32,000 bases of DNA from an uncultured Chloroflexia bacterium (GTDB lineage Bacteria > Chloroflexota > Anaerolineae > Anaerolineales > Anaerolineaceae), in contig OY969938.1 of assembly GCA_963704755.1 (NCBI GenBank), positions 2,340,001 to 2,372,000 of the forward strand. Reading direction: 5' to 3'. Each line of letters starts with the position of its first letter. Within the stretch, counting starts at the first letter, position 1. Positions 24,749 to 32,000 of this stretch are shown piece after piece. The notes beneath the pieces were generated by a model, which made no database searches, had not been told where the DNA came from, and saw nothing but the letters and a program-made list of their open reading frames with translations. The position numbers and the translations under genes were made by a program.

Positions 24749-25687
24749 TCAACCGCCGCTGGTCTGGACCTGGGCCTCCAATGCGCCCAACCGCTCCCGG
24801 GCTTTGGAAGCCGGGATGGTGAACATGTGATTCAGCCCAAAATCCTGGACGGCGAACGAAGCCGAGACCGCCCCCGCCAGGCCGGCCCGTACCAGGTCTC
24901 CGCTGCGCACGTACATGGCCATAAAACCGCCGCAGAAGGTATCGCCTGCGCCGGTCGTATCCAGGGTGTTCGCCGGGTAGATCGGAATCCTGTGAAAGCT
25001 ATCCAGGCGCGCATCGTAGATCAGGCAGCCTTCCTGGCCCAGCTTGATGACCACCGCGCTGGGACCGTATCCGGCGAACTGGCGGCAGGCCTTTGCAAAA
25101 TCGCGGTGGCCGAGCAGCAGGAAGACTTCCTCCTGGCTGGGCATAAAAATATCGACGTGTTTGAGCAGGTCCAGGATGCGCTGCTCGTTACCGGGGATAT
25201 ACTCTTCCTGCGGGTCGAGGGCGAGTGTGCCGCGCTCCCGCAGCGCCGGCGCGAGGGCTTCCTGCGCAGCCAGGTCCATGGCCAGCACCAGGAAAGCGCG
25301 CGCAGCGAGATAATCTTCCGGGATATCGGACATCCGTGGAGAGAGCTCGAAGAAATCGCCGCCATTGCTCAACATGACCCAGGTGCGCTGGTTGTTGTTG
25401 GCGTAGGTCACCCGGTAATGGACCCCAGGGATCGAGCGCCGGGGCAGGCCGCGCGTTTCCAGACTGGAGCGGTTGAGACTGGCGAGGTTTTCCTCGGGGT
25501 AATCCGCGCCGACCGGGGCCACAAAGCGCACCGAATCAGACCACCAATGCGCACCCAGGGTGGCGTAGATGGTATCTCCCCCGAAACAATTCAAGCAAGT
25601 CGTTCCATCCGGGAGGACCACGTCGTCGATGGAAAGATTACCGAGGCAAACTAGGTCAAATGGCATAATCAACAGGCTCCGATCCAA
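24749..25687 (-). CDS. PfkB-family (ribokinase-like) sugar/nucleoside kinase
   Basis: N-terminus reads FDLVCLGNLSIDDV, and the C-terminal anion-hole motif DTTGAGDTFCGGF is present. The start is either TTG 25687 or, perhaps more likely, ATG 25666 (GGAG upstream). Confidence 0.8.
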   Translation of the reverse strand: MDRSLLIMPFDLVCLGNLSIDDVVLPDGTTCLNCFGGDTIYATLGAHWWSDSVRFVAPVGADYPEENLASLNRSSLETRGLPRRSIPGVHYRVTYANNNQRTWVMLSNGGDFFELSPRMSDIPEDYLAARAFLVLAMDLAAQEALAPALRERGTLALDPQEEYIPGNEQRILDLLKHVDIFMPSQEEVFLLLGHRDFAKACRQFAGYGPSAVVIKLGQEGCLIYDARLDSFHRIPIYPANTLDTTGAGDTFCGGFMAMYVRSGDLVRAGLAGAVSASFAVQDFGLNHMFTIPASKARERLGALEAQVQTSGG

Positions 25688-25693
25688 TAACCT

Positions 25694-26539
25694 TTATTCC
25701 AGCTTCATTTCATCCCGGGCGGCATCCTCGGGCTCTTCGTACCAGGGCATCGATTTCCCGACCAGGGAACGCAGCTTCCAGCCGGTCGTTTTTGGCGCTG
25801 CTGCCATACGCTCGCCCAGCTCGGCCAGCCTCGCGTTGACCACCTTCGCCTCCGGTTCCGGCACTTCCAGTATTTTCAACAGCTGGGGGATTTTCTCCAG
25901 GTTCGTGGTCACGGTGGTGTAAAAGCCCCAATCCTGGCTGGTGATTTCCAGGATGCGCCGCAGGTTGACCGTTTCCAGATCGGTATCCCCAAGCGGGTGC
26001 TCGATCAAAATAGCGGCGATATCTTTGACGTCTTTGGGGTTGATCGAGTGGATTTGCAGCTTGGTCAGGAGCAGCTCTGCCAGAGGGATGGTGCGCGGGT
26101 CCTGCTGCAGGCGGTCGCGGTTGAACTTGATGTCGTGGCACATGTGGAATTCATTGATGAAAATATCGATGTACCAATCTGCGGTCGAACTGTCGAAGAT
26201 CATGCGTTTCGCGCCCTGCAGGGCATTGAAGCGGGCATTTGCGGTGAAACCGATCGATTCGAAAAAGGTGCGCATGCGGCAGTCGTCCGGGGAGGCGGTC
26301 ACGAAATCCAGATCGCCATACGTGCGCGCCAGGCAGGGCAGAACCGAGGCGGTCGGACTGTGCATGTGAACGGCCATCCCACCGATCACGCGTAAAAGCA
26401 CTTTCTGTTCATCCGCTGCCTTCAGAATACGTTCACATTCCGCTCGCATGTTGACCATTGCTGCTCCATTCGTAGCTAACTCAGGGTAGACCAGCGCCCC
26501 ACCTGCGCCCAATGAACTCAAACTCAATTGCGAGGGCAT
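25694..26539 (-). CDS. Nucleotidyltransferase-fold protein of unknown function
   Basis: 281 aa. VIGGMAVHMH...YGDLDFV fits the G[GS]-x(n)-D-x-D pattern of the pol-beta NTase fold. The ATG overlaps the upstream stop as ATGA (26537-26541). The family call is tentative. Confidence 0.5.
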   Translation of the reverse strand: MPSQLSLSSLGAGGALVYPELATNGAAMVNMRAECERILKAADEQKVLLRVIGGMAVHMHSPTASVLPCLARTYGDLDFVTASPDDCRMRTFFESIGFTANARFNALQGAKRMIFDSSTADWYIDIFINEFHMCHDIKFNRDRLQQDPRTIPLAELLLTKLQIHSINPKDVKDIAAILIEHPLGDTDLETVNLRRILEITSQDWGFYTTVTTNLEKIPQLLKILEVPEPEAKVVNARLAELGERMAAAPKTTGWKLRSLVGKSMPWYEEPEDAARDEMKLE

Positions 26540-27498
26540 CAGCCCGAAACGCTTTGATAATTCACGTATTTCGCCTGCTTATCGACATTGAAGATCAAGA
26601 TAATCCCGCGTAAAACGCCCTGAGCGTATTCACTGCCGTGATTGAAGATCAGTGTATTGCCGATCTTGTCCTTGCCGGGGCATTCATGCACGTGCCCGTG
26701 GATGCCCACCAGGGGCTGGTACTTCTCGATGATGGTGCGTACGGCCTTGGAGCCCACGTTCTGGAAAGGGTCCCCATTGAAACCCGAGACCATGCGCATG
26801 TCTTTGGTCAGGTTCGGGGCGACGTCCAGCTTGGTGCCGTACGGCGGGGCGTGGAAAGAGAAGATGCATTTCTTGGGGTCTGGAACCAGCGCGACCAGCC
26901 CTTCCAGCTTCTCGAGCAGCTTATCCTCGGCCATCTCGCGAGGTGTGTCCCAGGGAGTGGGGTTGGTCCAGCCACAGGTGAGCATGTCGATCTTCTCGTG
27001 AACGGCCACGCACTGGTCTTCGGGGTTGATCACACCCGGACGGGACTGCATGACCGCATCTATGGCGAAGGGGTCATCGTTACCGGCGGAGATGTAATAC
27101 ACAGTGCCATCCTTGCGGTGTGATTCTTCCATGCGGTCCATCCAGGATGCCATGCGCTCGACGATCAGGCCGTCAACCAGTTGCTCGCTGCGGACGGGGT
27201 CGGCGTGCAGCGCAGCTACTTCATCCGCATCGGTGATGTAGGTATAGAAGCCAGAATTGTCGATCAATCCGATCATGTGCTTGAGATCGGCTTCGGTCTC
27301 CAGGGTGCGTTGTTCGCCGCCAAATTCGCAGGTATAACCTGAGCCGGATTTCAGGATGGGGACCATCCCCTTACCGACCAGGTCGCCCGCCATGATCACC
27401 GCGTTCACGCCGTAAAATTTGCCGGCCTTCAATGCCTTTCCAAAGGTGAGCTCAGAGCCATGCAAGTCGCCGGTAAAGTAACCTTTCCAAAAAGCCAT
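26539..27498 (-). CDS. Calcineurin-like metallophosphoesterase
   Basis: Start at ATG 27498 (MAFWKGYFTGDLHGSE), with GGAG upstream. Motifs GDLHG, MAGDLVGKG, SAGNDD, FHAPP and GHVHE are present. The track's 414-aa version adds a non-protein-like extension overlapping the permease 3' end. Confidence 0.8.
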   Translation of the reverse strand: MAFWKGYFTGDLHGSELTFGKALKAGKFYGVNAVIMAGDLVGKGMVPILKSGSGYTCEFGGEQRTLETEADLKHMIGLIDNSGFYTYITDADEVAALHADPVRSEQLVDGLIVERMASWMDRMEESHRKDGTVYYISAGNDDPFAIDAVMQSRPGVINPEDQCVAVHEKIDMLTCGWTNPTPWDTPREMAEDKLLEKLEGLVALVPDPKKCIFSFHAPPYGTKLDVAPNLTKDMRMVSGFNGDPFQNVGSKAVRTIIEKYQPLVGIHGHVHECPGKDKIGNTLIFNHGSEYAQGVLRGIILIFNVDKQAKYVNYQSVSG

Positions 27499-27622
27499 TC
27501 GGGTTCCACTCCAATCTGATGATGAGGCCAGGTACCGCCAGAAAGTAATTGGGTAAGCACCTGGCCTCGATTTCGAACTGATTATTCGATAAAGAACGAT
27601 ATTACAGCAGAATGGCGCGCTT

Positions 27623-29251
27623 CTATTCCGGCGGGATCTCTTTGTAGGCCAGGTCGACGTTGATGCCCTTAGAATTCTGGTAAGCGCGGTAAGCGTAGAA
27701 GTAGATGACCGGTACGATGATCGTGACGGCCACCGCAACCAGCGAAAGGGTGGTGTTGGCGCCGAAGACCGGGTAGAAGCCAAAGTAGAAGCCCATCACA
27801 CCGATGAACAGGACCGAAATCACACCGGTAATCGCGACCAGCGGGATCCCAAAGACCTTGCGGGCGCTCGTCTGGCTCTGCCAAAGCTTTGGAAATTTGA
27901 ACGGGAAAACGATGGCTGCCACGGACAGCACCATGTAACCGAAAATCTGCGCCATCATCGAGCTGAGCAGCGAGGCGGATTGCCACACCAGGATCACCAC
28001 GATGGCGATCAGGCCCATAATTACCGTGAAGATAATGGCCTTGACCGGGGTGTGGGTCTTTTCGCTGACTTCACCCATGGCTTCCGGAGCCATGCGGTCG
28101 AAGGAGTAAGCCAGCATGCTGCGGGTGATGAAGGCGATGATGTTCGGGGTGCCGTTGGTAGCCCACAGGATGTAGGCCAATCCGAGTAATGCCGCTATGG
28201 GGGTGGAACGGGCGATCACGTTGACCATGAAGTTAAAATCAGGTGTCACCGCGAGACCAGAGACGCCCCCGTTGAAATACAGGTAACCCAGGGAGTTCAA
28301 GAACTCGAGGCCGATGAACTTTTGCACCAGGATGGCCAGCAGGGCAACGATACCGCCATTGGCCAGGGTAGCGGTCACCATGGCAGTGAACTGGGTCGAG
28401 CGGGCTTTCTTGACCTCGCCGCCGATCTGCGGGGAGCCGTTGAAGTAACCCACAATCCAGAAGGCCATCGGCATCAGGGCCAGGGTGGCGCCCAGGTTGA
28501 AGGGGGAATTGGGATTGAAACCGGCCGCCTTGGCCGCGTCGATCACGCCCTGGTAAGATGGGGCACCCATGCCGGCGACGATTGCATTCCAGTTGGCCTG
28601 GAAATTACTGCCGCCAAAGAGCAAGACCAGGATGGAGACCAGCACCGACAAGACACAAATGGAGACGGTGATCTTCATGTACAGGAAGTAGTTCTTGATG
28701 CCACTGATGTGCAGCCAGGCAAACAAGATCTGAAGGACAATCGCCACGGTTACCACGAACCAGGTATTGGTTACCTGCCCGGCCCATGTGATGAGGGTCT
28801 GGCTGTGGGTAAGGGTGCCCAAGAGTTGCAGCGTACCGGGGAGGGCAAAATTCACCATCGCCCAGGCGTTAAACGCCATCCAGAAGAAGTTCCAGATGAC
28901 CTGCTGCCCGCTCAGGATGAAACCCCAGACCGGGCCCAGGACGCGGGAGGTAAATACGTAATCCGCGCCTGAACGGGGAAATGCGCCAGCAGCGATCGAG
29001 TAGTTATACGCAGTTGACAGGGCTACAAAAAGTGTGCAAATGACAACTGCCCACAGGATGCTTGCGCCGGGAAGCTGGGCCCCCCACAGGAATAATAACG
29101 CAACACCCACGCCGATGTTCATCCCGGAGCTGTTCAGGACGATGGCATCCAATACGGATACATCTCGGACCAGGCCGGTAGCTTTCCGGAGGAACATGGC
29201 TTCAGCTTCTGGCTTTGGGGGTGCTTTGACTCTTGACGCTGCTTGGGTCAT
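27623..29251 (-). CDS. APC-superfamily amino acid/polyamine-type permease
   Basis: 542 aa with about 12 hydrophobic segments. AAGGAG lies 7 nt upstream of the ATG. Confidence 0.8.
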   Translation of the reverse strand: MTQAASRVKAPPKPEAEAMFLRKATGLVRDVSVLDAIVLNSSGMNIGVGVALLFLWGAQLPGASILWAVVICTLFVALSTAYNYSIAAGAFPRSGADYVFTSRVLGPVWGFILSGQQVIWNFFWMAFNAWAMVNFALPGTLQLLGTLTHSQTLITWAGQVTNTWFVVTVAIVLQILFAWLHISGIKNYFLYMKITVSICVLSVLVSILVLLFGGSNFQANWNAIVAGMGAPSYQGVIDAAKAAGFNPNSPFNLGATLALMPMAFWIVGYFNGSPQIGGEVKKARSTQFTAMVTATLANGGIVALLAILVQKFIGLEFLNSLGYLYFNGGVSGLAVTPDFNFMVNVIARSTPIAALLGLAYILWATNGTPNIIAFITRSMLAYSFDRMAPEAMGEVSEKTHTPVKAIIFTVIMGLIAIVVILVWQSASLLSSMMAQIFGYMVLSVAAIVFPFKFPKLWQSQTSARKVFGIPLVAITGVISVLFIGVMGFYFGFYPVFGANTTLSLVAVAVTIIVPVIYFYAYRAYQNSKGINVDLAYKEIPPE

Positions 29252-29340
29252 TTCTTACTCCTTTTCGAAGAAAATAAAGATAGGATCCAACAGGCTGTAC
29301 GCAGGAAATCTCTGCGTCGCGCCTGAATTGACCAAGCCAG

Positions 29341-30132
29341 TTAGGATACCGATAAGGTGTTGAGTTCTCCAGTTGTTTCACTTTTGAAGCTGTCGAATTG
29401 AAAGCTAAACAAAGACCCGGGGTAAACCACTCTGGAATATTCCAGCGGGGTGCCGCTCCGATCCAGGGAAACGCCAAGGATTTGAAAAAGCACCGTGCCG
29501 CGCGGCGTATTCAGCAGTCGAGATTCATATTCGTCGGCATAGATAATTTCGATCGTATTGTGCGAAGAGGTCAAATGGATATTGCACTCTTGCGCCAGGA
29601 ATTCGTACCAGGACCCCCCATCAAATTTAAGCAGCATGCTTTCGCTGCATTTCTTGAGTGAAATATGCGACATCAGCAGGTTCAGCGGTTCACCGTTAGC
29701 ATAAGCCACCCGCTCGAGCAGCAGGGTTTTTTCAGACCGCTCAAGATCAAGCTGCTCGGCCACATCTTCCGGCGCTGTGACGATGGATTTATTCACAATC
29801 CGGACCTCGACCTCGATGCCTGCTTTTTTCATGCCCGCGTGATAACTCTGCAAAACATCCAATGGCTTCACAATTTTGCGCGGGGCGACGAAGCTGCCAC
29901 GACCTTGTAAAGTGTGGATCAACCCTTGCCGGCTGAGATTATTGAGCGTTTGGCGGACGACAAACCGGCTGACATTGAAGCCGCTAATCAACTCATTTTC
30001 AGAGGGGAGTTGATCACCGGCTTTGAGACGCCCATCACGAATCACACCGGCTAATACATCACTTAATTGCTGGTGGAGAGGGACCGGGCTATGCCGGTCG
30101 AGAGGTTTATCAGACCATCCTTTGAGTTCCAA
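29341..30132 (-). CDS. GntR-family transcriptional regulator, HutC subfamily (UTRA effector domain)
   Basis: 263 aa reading QLPSENELISGFNVSRFVVRQTLNNLSRQGLIHTLQGRGSFVA, then a UTRA-like C-terminus. TTG start has GGAGGAAG 8 nt upstream. GC is lower than in neighbouring genes. Confidence 0.85.
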   Translation of the reverse strand: MELKGWSDKPLDRHSPVPLHQQLSDVLAGVIRDGRLKAGDQLPSENELISGFNVSRFVVRQTLNNLSRQGLIHTLQGRGSFVAPRKIVKPLDVLQSYHAGMKKAGIEVEVRIVNKSIVTAPEDVAEQLDLERSEKTLLLERVAYANGEPLNLLMSHISLKKCSESMLLKFDGGSWYEFLAQECNIHLTSSHNTIEIIYADEYESRLLNTPRGTVLFQILGVSLDRSGTPLEYSRVVYPGSLFSFQFDSFKSETTGELNTLSVS

Positions 30133-30173
30133 GGGTATCTTCCTCCGTAATTAAGATGAGTGTGTCTGGTTGG

Positions 30174-30202
30174 TTGACAAGCGGATTGGCAAACACTATA
30201 AT
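30174..30202 (+). promoter_or_regulatory. Consensus sigma70-type promoter directed toward the btpA-like gene
   Basis: TTGACA (30174-30179), a 17-nt spacer, then TATAAT (30197-30202). An exact match to both hexamers with optimal spacing. Confidence 0.7.
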
Positions 30203-30206
30203 CACG

Positions 30207-30222
30207 TTACCTTATACGGTTA
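30207..30222. promoter_or_regulatory. Imperfect 16-bp palindrome between the two -10 boxes; candidate GntR/HutC operator
   Basis: TTACCTTATACGGTTA has 12 of 16 positions self-complementary (T-ACC-TATA-GGT-A). It covers the predicted start sites of both promoters. Confidence 0.35.
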
Positions 30223-30235
30223 TCATGACAAGTTC

Positions 30236-30264
30236 ATTTTAGCAAGGTGAACACAAATTGTCAA
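30236..30264 (-). promoter_or_regulatory. Near-consensus sigma70-type promoter directed toward the HutC-type gntR gene and the catabolic cluster
   Basis: On the minus strand: TTGACA (30264..30259), a 17-nt spacer, then TAAAAT (30241..30236). Confidence 0.65.
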
Positions 30265-30304
30265 TACACTCGTAAAATTGGTCAGCAAGTTCTTATGTGG
30301 TTTT

Positions 30305-30414
30305 GTAACTACTCAACCAAACTGGAAGAGCTGCGAATTTGAGGGGTTTGCCGGGGCGAAGCCCGGCAAACCCCTCAAATTCGGGAACTTTTTAGCAGGA
30401 GCCTGAGTGGTTAT
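30305..30414. repeat. Family copy E (perfect 22-bp hairpin 30334-30383, loop GCGAAG, flanked by GTAACTACTCAACC and GCCTGAGTGGTTAT)
   Basis: CGAATTTGAGGGGTTTGCCGGG-GCGAAG-CCCGGCAAACCCCTCAAATTCG. It shares CGAATTTGAG....CTCAAATTCGGGAACTT with copy B. Confidence 0.8.
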
Positions 30415-30435
30415 GAGATTTTTCTTTTACAAAAT

Positions 30436-30537
30436 ATAACCACTCAGCTACCATGCAGGAACCGGGTGTTATTTATTGTTTTTATGTGCTAACAATAAAT
30501 AACACCCATACCTTCTAAACCTGGCTGAGTAGTTACT
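30436..30537. repeat. Family copy F (AT-rich perfect 17-bp hairpin 30464-30507, flanked by ATAACCACTCAGC and GCTGAGTAGTTAC)
   Basis: GGGTGTTATTTATTGTT-tttatgtgct-AACAATAAATAACACCC. The layout matches copy E: outer repeat, ~15-nt spacer, hairpin, ~16-nt spacer, outer repeat. Confidence 0.7.
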
Positions 30538-30566
30538 ACAAAATAATTTATTGAGGAGCATTACCC

Positions 30567-31358
30567 TTGGTCCAATCCATGAACATTTTTGACGTACACC
30601 CCCTGGTGATCGCCGCCCTTCACCTGCCCGAATTAGGAACAGGCCATAAACCGGTTTCAATGGCATGGCTCGAAGATTACGTGCTCAAAAACCTGGCCGT
30701 CTTTGTGGAAGGCGGCGTGCCGGCCGTGATCTTACAAGAGGAAACCCTGACGACCGGTCCGTTGCGCCCCGAAAATATCGCTATCATGACCGCCCTGGCG
30801 CGCATGGCCCGGCAACAATTCCCCGAGCTGCAGTTGGGTATCATCGTCCAGGCCCACGATCCGCTGGCACCGCTGGCGATTGCGCACGCCAGTGGCGCCA
30901 GCTTTGTACGTATTAAAGTTTTCGTGGGCGCAATGCTCAAAGCGGAAGGGATCCAGCAGGGTTGTGGAGCGGCAGCGCGCGATTACCGCGCCTTGCTGGG
31001 ACGGGAAGACATCCAGATCCTGGCGGACGTGCACGACCGCACCGGCTACTCGCTCACTGCTGAGCCGACGGATGTGGCAGCCGAATGGGCGGCCCGCCAC
31101 GGCGCCGACGGGTTGGTCCTCACCGGATACAGCTACGCAGAATCCCTGCACTATCTCGAAACCGTGCGTAAAACGGGCCTTGGCAAACCTCTGCTGATGG
31201 GCGGAGGAGCAGACGAGACCAACGTGGCCGAGGTGCTGAATTATGCCGATGGGGTCGTGGTCAGCAGCGCGTTAAAACGCAAGCAGGTCGCACCGGACGA
31301 TCTGATCCAGTGGGATCAAGAAGCCATCCAGCGCTTCATGGCAGCGGCTCACGCTTAA
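30567..31358 (+). CDS. BtpA/SgcQ-family TIM-barrel protein
   Basis: 263 aa with ...LVIAALHLPELG....NLAVFVEGGVPAVILQEE...ASGASFVRIKVFVGAM...DGLVLTG.., as in the BtpA family. TTG start has GAGGAG 8 nt upstream. Confidence 0.65.
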   Translation: MVQSMNIFDVHPLVIAALHLPELGTGHKPVSMAWLEDYVLKNLAVFVEGGVPAVILQEETLTTGPLRPENIAIMTALARMARQQFPELQLGIIVQAHDPLAPLAIAHASGASFVRIKVFVGAMLKAEGIQQGCGAAARDYRALLGREDIQILADVHDRTGYSLTAEPTDVAAEWAARHGADGLVLTGYSYAESLHYLETVRKTGLGKPLLMGGGADETNVAEVLNYADGVVVSSALKRKQVAPDDLIQWDQEAIQRFMAAAHA

Positions 31359-31394
31359 ACTGCCGATAGTCTTCTCAAGATCAGTGCCGGCAAT

Positions 31395-32000
31395 TTATCG
31401 CGTGAAATCTCTGGGTGCACTGTAGAGCGCGACGATATTTTCCAGCGGCGCGTCGGCCTGAAGCTGGTGGGCCGTCGCGCAAATATAGCCCCCGCCTGCG
31501 CCCAGGATCCGAATCCGCTCGGCGACTTCCTGGCGAACATCCTCGGGCGAGCCCGTCACCATGGTCTGCTGCAGGTCGATCCCGCCGTGAAAGGCGATCC
31601 GCTCCCCGTAATCCGCTTTGATCCGAGCCATGTCCATGCCGGCCGCACGCGGCTGGAGCGGGTTGAGCACGTCGATGCCCATATCCTGCACCAGCGAACC
31701 GATCAGCGGGACGACCGCACCGCAAGAGTGGTACATAATTTTTAGCCCGTGCGATTTAATGGCCTGGTTCAAGCGCTGGTGGCGGGGTAGGATGTACTTC
31801 CGCCACATCTTCGCGGACATCAACAAACTGTTCTGGATGGCCACGTCATCGAAGGTGTAGGCCAGGTCGATGCATCCCGGCGCAGCGTCCATCAACCGGT
31901 GGACGCTCTCGATCATCAGGTCGGTGTAACCATCCATGATCGCGCAGGGAATGTCCGGCCGTTCGATCAGGTCGAGCAGGAAACGCTCCAGCCCATACAG
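31395..32000 (-). CDS. Uroporphyrinogen-decarboxylase (URO-D) family protein, C-terminal ~200 codons; 5' end lies beyond the right edge
   Basis: The frame is open to position 32000 (..LYGLERFLLDLIERPDIPCAIMDGYTD..). It then reads ..IMYHSCGAVVPLIGSLVQDMGIDVLNPLQP...IAFHGGID..., typical of the UroD/MtaA-like fold. TAA stop at 31397..31395. Confidence 0.7.
   Translation of the reverse strand: MYGLERFLLDLIERPDIPCAIMDGYTDLMIESVHRLMDAAPGCIDLAYTFDDVAIQNSLLMSAKMWRKYILPRHQRLNQAIKSHGLKIMYHSCGAVVPLIGSLVQDMGIDVLNPLQPRAAGMDMARIKADYGERIAFHGGIDLQQTMVTGSPEDVRQEVAERIRILGAGGGYICATAHQLQADAPLENIVALYSAPRDFTR

Noticed and set aside
27499-27783. N-terminal extension of the metallophosphoesterase ORF (track start 27783)
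   Set aside because: It overlaps the 3' end of the permease gene, is Ser/Arg-rich and non-protein-like. ATG 27498 gives the canonical GDLHG N-terminus and has a GGAG RBS.
5492-30507. The repeated hairpins as a CRISPR array or as simple terminators
   Set aside because: Copies are kilobases apart with no regular repeat-spacer periodicity and no cas genes. Several lie upstream of genes or between divergent genes and lack U-tracts, so they are not generic terminators.

Overview
High-GC bacterial chromosomal window (about 55-60% GC by eye, with lower-GC patches at 5.3-7.9 kb and 29.3-30.6 kb). I count 28 protein-coding genes. I saw no rRNA, tRNA, CRISPR array, transposase or integrase. Layout: (i) 1-4163 (-) is the 5' part of a very large cyclic beta-1,2-glucan synthase-like gene. 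It runs off the left edge, so it is missing from the ORF track. A tandem-USP gene ends 2 nt upstream of it. (ii) 5.3-7.9 kb is a small stress islet with a frameshifted Dps-like gene, a small basic ORF and a GlsB/YeaQ membrane protein. (iii) 7.9-30.1 kb holds 21 consecutive minus-strand genes, the main point of interest. They are: GntR(HutC), APC permease, metallophosphoesterase, nucleotidyltransferase-like, PfkB kinase, DHOase/hydantoinase-like amidohydrolase, creatininase-family, hydantoin/allantoin racemase-family, TRZ/ATZ-type amidohydrolase, ATCase-fold transcarbamoylase, carbamate kinase, allantoinase, ureidoglycine aminohydrolase, GntR(FadR), KARI-like, YgeW/AOTCase-like transcarbamoylase, FixC, FixX, EtfB, EtfA and a DAO-family flavoprotein. 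I read this as a ureide/hydantoin-type N-heterocycle catabolic island that makes ATP through carbamoyl phosphate and passes electrons to an ETF/FixCX module. Its gene content matches no canonical allantoin, hydantoin or creatinine pathway I know. (iv) 30.1-32.0 kb holds a heavily structured divergent control region, a BtpA/SgcQ-family gene (+) and a partial UroD-family gene (-). Other signals: a family of about 50-bp perfect hairpins inside roughly 100-bp inverted-repeat elements, with at least 6 copies, all intergenic. Two near-consensus sigma70 promoters face each other between the HutC-type regulator and btpA-like genes. Three single-nucleotide frame disruptions all sit at short homopolymers (Dps-like gene and both transcarbamoylases), so they may be assembly indels rather than biology. 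All functional calls come from reading the translations against remembered family motifs; no searches were run.
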